DNA of 64,000 nt from NCBI GenBank assembly GCA_002269645.1, contig NIVC01000553.1, positions 156,554 to 220,553 of the forward strand. Reading direction: 5' to 3'. This document shows positions 26,491 to 36,520 of this stretch, in pieces (within the stretch, counting starts at the first letter, position 1; every line of letters begins with the position of its first letter). A model generated the notes under the pieces. The model did no database searches. It worked only from the letters and a program-made list of their open reading frames with translations, and was not told the origin of the DNA. A program made the position numbers and the translations under genes. Source of the stretch: Macrostomum lignano. Its lineage: Eukaryota.

Positions 26491-26684
26491 CTCAGTAAAA
26501 AAAGGACCTCAATTAATCAACAAGAGCCGCTAAGGGTCTCAAGCTAGATTGATATGCACCTGGGATATTTACCGATCTTCATCGACTGACCCTCCAAAGA
26601 GATGCTTAAGGGATCTGAATTAAGACGGGCTCAGGTGGAATTTTCCCTGGATTTCGGCTCAATTAAAATCAAGTTAGATCAGTT

Positions 26685-27857
26685 CTAGTTCAGCCGGTAC
26701 TCTGCCTGCCCTCGCACGGTCGGAGGCGCGGCTGCTGTCACGGCAGCGCCAGTTGCTGTCGAGGAGACGCCGCTGCAGTGCGAGCAGCCGCCGTCCTGAA
26801 GCTGCAGCCAGCGTTGCCGGGCGGCCATGGTGCCATCGTCTGCCAGCAGCAGCTGGTCATTCGTTGTTGGCGATAGAAACGCCTGCTGCTGTTGTTGTTG
26901 TTGGCTCTGCTGCTGCTGCTGACTCTGCTGGCCTCCAGCATTCCGCAGCGCTCTGCAGTACAGGGCACCCAGGCAGAGGCACATGCAGGCCGCTGTGGTC
27001 AGCAGCAGCAGGCAGAAGCACTCGGCAAAGAAGGCGGCCCGTCGCAGTCCGGGGCAGGCAGCCGGCAGCAGGTTGGCGAACTGCCGCCTGACCGTCGGGG
27101 ACATCTCGCACAGGGCCAGCAGGTGCACCTTCACGATGCTGCCCGAGATCGCCAGCAGGCCGACCGAGGCTGCCAACGCCGAGATCGTCAGGGAGGCGAC
27201 CAGGCCGCACACCGAGGCTCTGTCGCCGCCGATCTCGTCGGCATCAGCCCGAAACTCGCCGTCCATCTGGCAAGTGAGCAGCTGCAGCTGCTGGCCGGCT
27301 CTCTGCCGTATCAACCGTTGACGCCTTCGTTGAAGTCGCAGACGAACCGGCAGGGCGGCCGTCAGCAGCATCAGCAGGCAGGCCGCTGAGCTGGCGTGCG
27401 CTAACAGGCGAATTAGCAGCCTGGGCGGCTCCCGCTGCCCGCCCGTGTACTCCAGGAAATTGCCTAGCAACCAGACGAAAGCTCCGACTGTCTGCTTCCA
27501 GTTGCCGACTGATTCGGACGCAACCTGCGGCAGCGCCAGCGGCGAGGATGGCGCGGCTGTTGTAGCTGCTGAACCCGCCGGTGCTGACTGTGACTCATGC
27601 TCGGTGCAGTCCAGCCAAGTCACCCTGTCCGTCTTCGCGGATGAGCTGGTGGAGCCGATGCTGTACCTCAGGTAGCTGCCCGCTGACCACCAGGCGAAGG
27701 TGACCAGCTTGATGACGTCGATAGCCAGCACCAGAGCCGCCAGCAGCAGCAGCGCGCTGGCGAATCGGCCGGATCGGCCGTCCAGACGTCGAGATCGACA
27801 GGTCGGCGTCGGCGTTGTCTGTGTTGAGTGGAAATTCGATCGCTTCTGGTTGTTCAT
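26685..27857 (-). CDS. Intronless four-transmembrane membrane protein of unassigned family (claudin/PMP22-like topology), polyQ tail
   Basis: Long GC-rich ORF with coding-like codon bias. Likely ATG at 27857 (MNNQKRS...). Four hydrophobic segments (FASALLLLAALVLAI..., LLAHASSAACLLMLLTAAL, VCGLVASLTISALAASVGLLAI, FFAECFCLLLLTTAACMCLCLGALY). The family call rests on topology only. Confidence 0.65.
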   Translation of the reverse strand: MNNQKRSNFHSTQTTPTPTCRSRRLDGRSGRFASALLLLAALVLAIDVIKLVTFAWWSAGSYLRYSIGSTSSSAKTDRVTWLDCTEHESQSAPAGSAATTAAPSSPLALPQVASESVGNWKQTVGAFVWLLGNFLEYTGGQREPPRLLIRLLAHASSAACLLMLLTAALPVRLRLQRRRQRLIRQRAGQQLQLLTCQMDGEFRADADEIGGDRASVCGLVASLTISALAASVGLLAISGSIVKVHLLALCEMSPTVRRQFANLLPAACPGLRRAAFFAECFCLLLLTTAACMCLCLGALYCRALRNAGGQQSQQQQQSQQQQQQQAFLSPTTNDQLLLADDGTMAARQRWLQLQDGGCSHCSGVSSTATGAAVTAAAPPTVRGQAEYRLN

Positions 27858-28519
27858 GGGTTGGCAGCGGCTGTCTGGACTGTCTGATAACTGTGAGTTG
27901 GGCAACCCTGCGGGGCAATTTTTAGGGGAAGGAGCTGAGAGCTGCTCTGTCTGTCTGTCTCTCTCTCTTGTCTCGCTATCGCATTTTAGAGGGAGAAAGA
28001 GCTTCACCTCTGATTTGGCCAATCGCGCTGGGCTGCGGAGAGCTGAGGGCTTGGCTGGGCTGTGATGCCGCTGTGTCTGCCTGTCTGCGCCTGGCTCTGG
28101 GCTGTCATCTCTCTTCCCTGCAGCTCAGCTCCCCTTCCCCACTGGCCCTCTCACTGATTCTGTCTCCTTCTGCTCATTGGTGCGGTAAAAGCTCATTAAA
28201 ACCTCTATAATCCTGAGTCTGTATCGGCGTTTGAGCGATATGCATGTGCGGCTGCAAGTTGCTGTGTATTCTTGCAATTCCACGGACTGGTTAAAGTTGT
28301 ATCCCCTGTAGCAAAATAAATACTTTAAAAGTAGCACTATCTCTTTTAACTCATCTGTACGGTTAGTTATAATTATTATTTGCTACAGAAAAGCTGAAAG
28401 AATATACATGTGAATGGGTACTTGAAACAGAGAAATTAAGGCCAGTGCTGTTAACTAAGCGCAGACGTTCAGTGACTGAGGCGCCACAGTCGGTAAAAAA
28501 TGTCACAGTCAGTGAAAGA

Positions 28520-28705
28520 GACGCCACAACCTGAGGAAAGAGACACCACAATCGGGGAAAGAGACGCCACAATCGGGGAAAGAGACACCACAATCGGGGA
28601 AAGAGACGTCACAATCGGGGAAAGAGACGTCACAATCGGGGAAAGAGACGCCACAATCGGGGAAAGACACCAAAATTGGTGAAAGAGACGTCACAATCGG
28701 AAAAG
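28520..28705. repeat. 21-bp minisatellite
   Basis: Unit aatcggggaaagagacg(t/c)cac. Confidence 0.9.
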
Positions 28706-30119
28706 AAGTGCCAAACGAGGCGCATATTCGCCATCCAGCCCCTCAGCTGCATGTCACATATCACACACTCACACACACAGTTGAAACGCTAGAAAATACA
28801 GTCTTGCCCTGTTTGCCCTCCACCAAAGCCACTCCATGCTGAACTGTGTCCTGCACTGCCGGCAATCTGAGTCCTCAGTGCCACCAGCCTTCAGCATTGA
28901 GCTTATTTGTTTGGCCACTCTGCCCAACTCTCCCTCTCTCCCTCTGTCTCTCCGTTTCTATTTCCTGCCAATAGCGCTGTCAATAATGTCTGGCATAGCG
29001 GCCGTTCGCAAGCGTTTCTCTCTGTCCCCTTGCTGCATATTTTCATGCAATTCACCTTTGGGTATAAAAGGAGGAAAAACACAGTTTGGCAAAGCCTCCG
29101 ATGTAGCAATGCAACCAATAAGGACTTCCTCATTGTCTCCTCGACTCTTCTGTATAAATATTGAAATATCGTTTGTGTAAACTGAAATCGATAAGCCAGT
29201 TTTTTTGCAATCGTGCGCTCAACTCTCTATAAGTTGGATAGATGAACATGGAAAATGGTTTTGTATCATAAAAGTAGTTGCCTGCAGCACCCTAAATTGG
29301 TCTTCTACATCGCTGACTTTGTTACCAATTTATAATATTTCGATATTAGTAAGCTATATACAATAGAACTGATAGAATTCCAAGCTGATAATCGATGCTC
29401 TCCGTAACGAAGAATTGTTTTTTGTTCGTAATTCTCTACTCACAGTAGAGAGTTAGGTATTGTCTTGATATTGTATTAATTCGGATTGGGTTTCCCAGTC
29501 CCAGTGCTTAAAGTAAAGAAACTACAATATGTATGAACCAGGCGTTAGGGCGTCCTGGCCATCAATATAAACGATTCGTCGGACACGATCTGGTGATTCA
29601 TGTAGACAGACGTGAACGCACTCCCTCAGCTGACAACGACGACATCGCCCTCCTTGAAGGCGCCCAGCATCAGATCGGCAGGCTGGTCAAAGTGGCTTCC
29701 AGCGATAACCTTGTGGTCAGCTGGAACTGTGGTCTTGTGGTCACTCAAGACCGATGACAATTGAATTCATTATGCCGGCCATAAGAGGGGCCAGAAATGT
29801 CGCGGAGCAGACAGGCAGAAGACCACTCTCGCACACTGTCGGCGGTTCTTACTTGCATGGGGTTCCGGGCATCTGGATGCAGCGGGGAGGCGTCGCCGCC
29901 CATTCCGACCACGGGCAGCTGGTGCTGCGGTGTCGTGCAGGGAGATCCGGTGGTGCCAGTGTCCGCAACGCGGCTCCACTCTGGAGAGTCCAGGAAGTGC
30001 ACGGATTGTCGCTCGCCCGGTAGCCCTTAGGTAGCAGACGAGCTGGCAGAGATTCTTGGGCGTGAAAGTGTCGGAGAGGTCCGGGTTTGAGCCGAGTTAG
30101 TTGTGCCCGTCCTGAAAGC

Positions 30120-30447
30120 TAGGGCAGTCAATTTTCATGGACCCAATGACCATTGCTAGCATTGGAGAAGCTCAGTCACCTACTCGCCAGACTGGAGCAG
30201 ACATTCAACACTGCACATTTGGTCTGCAAGCAACTGCAACTCCTGCAGCTCATCCGTTTGGCCAGTCCAAAGATTAAAACAGATCCCTTGGATTGGTCAG
30301 AGCAGAGCTGCTCAATGAGGATTCAAACATCAGGGTAGCCATAAAGTGCGTCTCTTCTGCAAAAATTTTTTTGCCCTTTTTTAAAATAAGCTCCCAAAAC
30401 AGCAGCTAAGAAACTCCAGGTCCCTTAGAAACTTGAGAGCGTCGAGC
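30120..30447 (+). promoter_or_regulatory. Conserved ~300-bp upstream module of lectin gene 1 (also at 39318-39666 and, inverted, ~41610-41930)
   Basis: ttttcatggaccc...gagaagctc...ccagactggagcag...cagctcatccgtttggcc...gagcagagctgctc...ataaagtgc recurs before lectin copies 1, 3 and 4. Regulatory function is inferred. Confidence 0.5.
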
Positions 30448-31182
30448 ATGACATCAATGAAAGTTCTGTCGCTGCTGCTGCTGATGCTGATGAGCTCACC
30501 CGGTGTGTCCCCTGGCCAGGTGTTCCACGTCATCAACGGCTCGCTCTGCATCCGGCCCGAGTTTACCAGAAACGAGCCTCGAGCCAGGTCGGACATTGAG
30601 TGCTCAAACCTCTGCAGCATGGAGCCGCGCTGTCAGGCGTTCAGCCTGGCTGACGGTCCGTGCCAGCTGTTCGTGTTCGACAAGTGCAGCAAGTCGGTGA
30701 GGGACTGCGGCTGCTCCAGGAGAGGCCGGGTGTTCGTGAAGCAGCAGCCGGGACTCGAGCCGGGCGCGCTGTGTCCGTCCGACTTCGGAGACGACCACTG
30801 CGGAGTGAAGTACAAGCTGTTCAATGCGATCAACACCTGGGCAGTGCAGAGACAGAGGTGCGAGTCGGAGAGCGGTCTGGTGATCATGGCGGACGTGATC
30901 GACAGCGCCGAGCGGGCTGCCATCGGACAAGTTTACAACACGAAGGCTGGCGGCGTCTCCATGTGGGTCGGCGGCTTCCAGACTCCGGGCAGTGCGGAGC
31001 CCGACGGAGGCTGGCGCTGGGTGGCCTGCAACATCAGCTTCGACGCCAGCCTGTGGGCCAGCGCAGAGCCCGACAACAGAGGAGGCAGCGAGGGCGCAGT
31101 CTTTGCTCGCTTTGTTCTTGGTGACGCCAACCAAGGAACCTCAAGGAACGGGCTGTGCGAGTGCGTGTCGCCCTTCGAATGA
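30448..31182 (+). CDS. Secreted PAN/apple-domain + C-type lectin-like protein, copy 1 (intact)
   Basis: Signal peptide MTSMKVLSLLLLMLMSS; apple-like C..C..C..CQAFS..C pattern; CTLD features CP.DF...C..YKLF...TW...R..C, MWVGG, W.W, LW...EPDN, GLCE; intronless. Confidence 0.8.
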   Translation: MTSMKVLSLLLLMLMSSPGVSPGQVFHVINGSLCIRPEFTRNEPRARSDIECSNLCSMEPRCQAFSLADGPCQLFVFDKCSKSVRDCGCSRRGRVFVKQQPGLEPGALCPSDFGDDHCGVKYKLFNAINTWAVQRQRCESESGLVIMADVIDSAERAAIGQVYNTKAGGVSMWVGGFQTPGSAEPDGGWRWVACNISFDASLWASAEPDNRGGSEGAVFARFVLGDANQGTSRNGLCECVSPFE

Positions 31183-34134
31183 CGAAAAAATGAACTCAAG
31201 GTGTTTGCTTTGAATTCAGGCTAAACTTTCGTAGGCATCCGGCGTGTACTCACATGAGTCTGTACGATTGTTCCGCCGGAGCTCTTCTCATCAATATTCC
31301 CGTGCTTATTTTTCCAACATTTTTGGGTTTTGTTCAATTTTGCAGTTTGGAAGTTTTAGAGATCTGTAACTATCTTACGAAAAACGCTCGTATGCAGTAC
31401 TTGAAGTATCATTGAAACGAAACGCTAGTCGAAAGAGAAAAGCTGTAATGGCTCCTTTTAAACAAAGTAAAAGACCTATTTATTATCATTCCTATAAAAT
31501 GGCACTTTTCGAGAAAAAGTGCTTACTATTGATAATTTATTCATTGCTATATTCGGTTGCTTTGGTCTTAGCTTAGTCGGCAGGCGGGGTGGCATCATAA
31601 ACCCGAAATATCATAACTCCGAAAGTGTTAGCAATATCCAACACTATTTTGGTTTTCGGAGTTATGATGAGGCGACCCAACAGGCGCACCAGTGGGACGT
31701 CAAAGGACGGCAGAGGAAGCAGTGTGTGTCCCAGTTTAGGGAGGCAGCGCACCGTTAATTTTTTGACTGACTGCGGGGCTCAAGGTCCCACATTTGCTGT
31801 GTGTTGATCATTACCTAAAACCTACCTGCCCGTAGAAGCGGCAAGTTCCTGCTTGTCGTAGATCTGACATTTTTACGAACATTTTTAATTGCAGCCTGCT
31901 AATTAGCTCCAACTATGATTGATGTTAAATTGCTGTACCGCTTCCAGTTATTTAAGCCTGTCTTCAATTTCGGAGGGCATGGGAATCGGCATCAATAGCT
32001 CCACAGTTGGCTATGAAGACAATAAATAATTGAACAGTGCTTCATTATATTATCCCATACCTGAAAGACATAAGTATGTCGTTCGTTAGCAGTTTGTTAG
32101 CAGCACATTGGACTACTTTTAGTATTAGCAGAAAAATATTATGCACACGTTAGGAAAATGCTACTTCTTGTACTAAAATCGATGTACTTGCGACACCACA
32201 AAAGCTTTAGTAAAACTACTACAGGTTGCAATTGAAGGCTCCACGATTAGCTTGAGCAGAGAGCTACTAAAGACTATAGTCATAAAATAAAACTTTCTGA
32301 GACGATGTTTGCCTCAGGCGGAGCTAAAAAGGAGCCCAGAAGACGGGAGAGGCAGCGGCGTCCGCGCGTAGGTCGAAAAATCGTTGACTTTGATGCCCGC
32401 GTGCCCGGGGATCCAGAGCAGAGGGACCTGGCAAGACGGAAGAGGGATCGAGTGGGCCAGAGGCGGCAGGCGCATGCGAATGCGTGGGGCAGAAGGACAC
32501 CATTAAGCGAGAATGGGACTGACTCAGAGTGCTTGGGAGGGGCGGATAAGATGCAATCATACAGTCTAAGAATAAATCGATAATAGACTGCCGTTAAAAG
32601 CACCCGCACAAGCGTACATGCCATGAATATCAGTGTACGAGCTAATAGCCCGCAAAAGAATGTGTTGCGCAAATTATAATACACCCATTCTTTTCAGATA
32701 GTTGGAATATATTTCTTGTCCAAGTCCTACGTTTTGGAAAAAAATTCACGCTTCATTCGGCGGATCGCCAGTTTTTGATTTATCGAATCAGATTGGGGAG
32801 GGGAGTAACTTTTCGGTTGACAGTAGTAGCTTTAACTTTAATTCTTTTGGAGCGTGTGAAATGCGAAACTGTTATTGAAATATACACATGCAGTTAAATA
32901 AGCATGACGTAGATGTTTCCGATTGAAAAGTAGCAAAAAGTGATTTTCTACTAGCGTACTTTGCGAAAATTGATCTAGAAATTTAGCTATTTCTAGCCCC
33001 GGATATCAGTAGCCGGATGTCCTAAAGCAAACCTTTGTCTCCGCAGACTGACCACTCTCTTTCAACCTACAGTCGGATGTCCCAAGACAACTTCCCCTTC
33101 TTGTGATCTCCGGGCCGGATAGCAGAGTCAGTGCCGTACGATGTCCGGAAGAGACATCTCAAAGTGCCCAGACAATGCAAAGCAGCTCAAGATATCCGGG
33201 AAGGAGAAAAAAAGCAGGTTTTTTGCTTGGCAGTATCCGGGCGGATATTGTAAGTGCGTTCGGATATCCGGGCCAGACAAAAAAACCCGGATAGTTTAAA
33301 GTGTAACACCGGCGACAGTGATGCGCTGCCCCAATACCGGTGCGGAGGGCTCACCGTTAGTGGAGCGACCAGTAGCTGACGCTGAGCCGTCGCAGTAGAT
33401 GAGAACGGAGGCCAGCAGCAGACGGATGAGGTTGAGCGCGCAACTCATCGTGAACAAGGCCGACAAATTGTGTACAAATACAAGCGAAAATCCTAGCTGA
33501 TATCTCAGACTCTGAGAAGCCTCAAGAGATCTTGGGCTTTGCAAGAGGCTTAATTTACTGGGTTATTGAATTTGAGGCCTCCCTATTCCTAAGGGATTGG
33601 ATAGGATCTGCGGACTGATTCCGATACCCTTAGAGGATTATCGATTAATTGATTTTGGTACCCTAGAGTAACCGATAGGGGCACACGACTCCGATTCCGT
33701 TATTTCTAGAAGAAGACGGCCTTTCTGGAGGACCTCAATTATTTGGGCGCATCTTTGATTTCTGCACTTGAGGACTACTTCGACGTCGACGGATTAAACT
33801 GTTAAGCTCTCATATTCGGCCGATTTTAGAACTCAAGAAGACTGTTCCGGATGAAGAAGAATTGAAGAAACGAGCTCGGAGAACCTGCCCGACAAAGAAG
33901 AGGAGCCCGCACCAGTAAGTGATCACTGAATTTTGTTACTAGGCTTGACGTCTGGAAGTGGGAGTTCGTGCGTTTAGACACTCGACTTAATTCTCTCTCT
34001 CTCTCTTCAAGAGAGTAAGAGAGATTTTCTCTCCGTCTGACATCATATGAAGTCCAGAAACTCAGCAGTAAAGTCTGCTTTTTGGCCCATGAACATTAAC
34101 ACCCAACTGCAGCCGAACTCTCATTTGGACTGAA

Positions 34135-34425
34135 GTAGTAGTCCTGTAAAATAATCCATGTGCATGTGAGCTACCAGTGAGATACTGGAGCTGAGTAGCC
34201 CTGTAAAATAATCCATGTGCATGTAAGCTACCAGTGAGATACTGGAGCTGAGTAGCCCTGTAAAATAATCCATGTGCATGTAAGCTACCAGTGAGATACT
34301 GGAGCTGAGTAGCCCTGTAAAATAATCCATGTGCATGTAAGCTACCAGTGAGATACTGGAGCTGAGTAGTCCTGTAAAATATTCCATGTGCATGTGAGCT
34401 ACCAGTGAGATACTGGAGCTGAGTC
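34135..34425. repeat. 57-bp minisatellite (5 copies)
   Basis: Unit gtagccctgtaaaataatccatgtgcatgtaagctaccagtgagatactggagctga. Confidence 0.93.
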
Positions 34426-35046
34426 GTCAGAGACCAAATGAGACTCATGACACTTCAAATTATATCAAACTCTATCAGCAGTGTGCCAGTGCGTCCGCTG
34501 ATTAGCACAAACGTTCTCAGCACCATCAATTCAATTTCTCAAGAGATGCTGAAGCTCTTATCTAACTCTCTCTTCGCGTCCGCGATTTTGTAGCAGACAT
34601 TTCTCCTTGAGCTCTCGAGATGACTTGTACTTATACTTTATACTCAACCCGCAACCCAGCAGAGTCAATGAAAGTTTCTCACCCACTTAAAAGTCAAACA
34701 AGCGAGCACTTAAAGAGACTTGAAGTTGCATGGCTTGGGACGCAAGGCAGGTGCTGCAGACTCAGACAGCCCTGTCAGTAGTTATTCAATCTGACACCAA
34801 CAGACAAACAGGTGCAAGATCGTTCATTCAAAACTCAATATTTATTCTGGCAATACAGCTCTGTCGTCTTGTTGATTCTGGAGGAGCACGAGGTTCTCAA
34901 ATTGACTTTATTTAGTCGCGTCTGGCAAACAGCAAGCCAGCCGGGACTCTTGCGCTTGCAGAGCCCTCTGCAATTTTTCAGCATTCTGTGCTTGCAGAAC
35001 CTGTGAAATTGAGAGCTTGGAAACTGAATCGAAGAAACTACAGAGA

Positions 35047-35770
35047 ATGGCATCCGCAAACATCGCGCCGCGGCTGCTTCTGCTGCTGCTGCTGAGCTCA
35101 CCCGGTGTGTCTTCGGGCCAGGTGTTCCAAGCCGTGTCTGGCTTTCTCTGCATCCGGCCAGAGTTTGTCAGAAACGAGCCTCGAGCCAGGTCGGACATCG
35201 AGTGCTCGAACCTTTGCAGCATGGAGCCGCGCTGTCAGGCGTTTAGCCTGGCTGACGGTGTTCGACAAGTGCAGCAAGTCGGTGAGGGACTGCGGCTGCT
35301 CCAAGAGAGGCCGGGTGTTCGTGAAGCAGCAGCCAGGACTCGAGCCGGGCGCGCTGTGTCCGTCCGACTTCGGAGACGACCACTGCGGGGTGAAGTACAA
35401 GCTCTTCAATGCGATTAACACCTGGGCAGTGCAGAGACAGAGGTGCGAGTCGGAGAGCGGTCTGGTGATCATGGCGGGCGTGATCGACAGCGCCGAGCTG
35501 GCTGCCTTCGGACACGTTTTCAACACGAAGGGTGGCGGCGTCTCCATGTGGGTCGGCGGCTTCCAGACTCCGGGCAGTGCGGAGCCCGACGGAGGCTGGC
35601 GCTGGGTGGCCTGCAACATCAGCTTCGACGCCAGCCTGTGGGGCGGAGCGGAGCCCGAGAACGGAGGAGGCAAAGAGGACGCAATCTTTGCTCGCTTTGG
35701 TCTTGGTGACGCAAACCACCGAGGGTCGAACAGGAACGGGCTGTGCGAGTGCGTGTCGCCGTTTAACTAA
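35047..35770 (+). pseudogene. PAN/apple + C-type lectin copy 2, frameshifted by a 17-nt deletion
   Basis: Relative to copy 1, ccgtgccagctgttcgt is missing after gctgacggt (~35259). The downstream CTLD frame is still open to the TAA at 35768-35770. Confidence 0.8.
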
Positions 35771-35797
35771 AACGAGTAGACTTGTGGCTTGGTGAAA

Positions 35798-36242
35798 ACT
35801 GACTGACTGACTGACTGACTGACTGACTGACTGACTGACTGACTGACTGACTGACTGACTGACTGACTGACTGACTGACTGACTGACTGACTGACTGACT
35901 GACTGACTGACTGACTGACTGACTGACTGACTGACTGACTGACTGACTGACTGACTGACTGACTGACTGACTGACTGACTGACTGACTGACTGACTGACT
36001 GACTGACTGACTGACTGACTGACTGACTGACTGACTGACTGACTGACTGACTGACTGACTGACTGACTGACTGACTGACTGACTGACTGACTGACTGACT
36101 GACTGACTGACTGACTGACTGACTGACTGACTGACTGACTGACTGACTGACTGACTGACTGACTGACTGACTGACTGACTGACTGACTGACTGACTGACT
36201 GACTGACTGACTGACTGACTGACTGACTGACTGACTGACTGA
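35798..36242. repeat. Perfect (GACT)n microsatellite, ~110 units
   Basis: Uninterrupted tract starting ~28 bp after the lectin copy 2 stop codon. Confidence 0.98.
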
Positions 36243-36520
36243 TATTGCCCTGAGATTGTTGCAGAATTTGTCTTAAAGTTTTGAAACAGGGTTTTTTTTA
36301 TTTTTTTCAAAAAACTGCCTAACTTTCAATTAGATAATTTGCTGAAGCTACGTTCATTCCTATGTTTATTGACAGCATATCAAGTCTTGACCATAGAGCC
36401 AATAGGCTATAGAGCTTTTCCACTCAAAACGATTCTCTATGCCGTGCAGTCTGTGGGTAAATTAATGTCAACTCTAGCTCACTATTCCAGACGGCTAATT
36501 CTGCTGAGCAGAGCGATTAA

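Noticed and set aside
27858-28022. First 55 codons of the 445-aa ORF (ATT start)
   Set aside because: Non-ATG start running through a GA-rich tract; more likely 5' UTR upstream of the ATG at 27857.
29636-29660. DNDDIALLE as a serine-protease catalytic Asp motif
   Set aside because: No His or GDSGG motifs nearby, and codon bias favours the opposite strand.
32305-32583. Arg-rich 92-aa ORF
   Set aside because: Low-complexity GC island with no recognisable motif or splice context.
33296-34045. LTR and primer-binding site (TGTCAG... / TGGTGCGGG) with a signal-peptide-like ORF
   Set aside because: No second LTR, no convincing tRNA complement and no gag/pol similarity; left unassigned.
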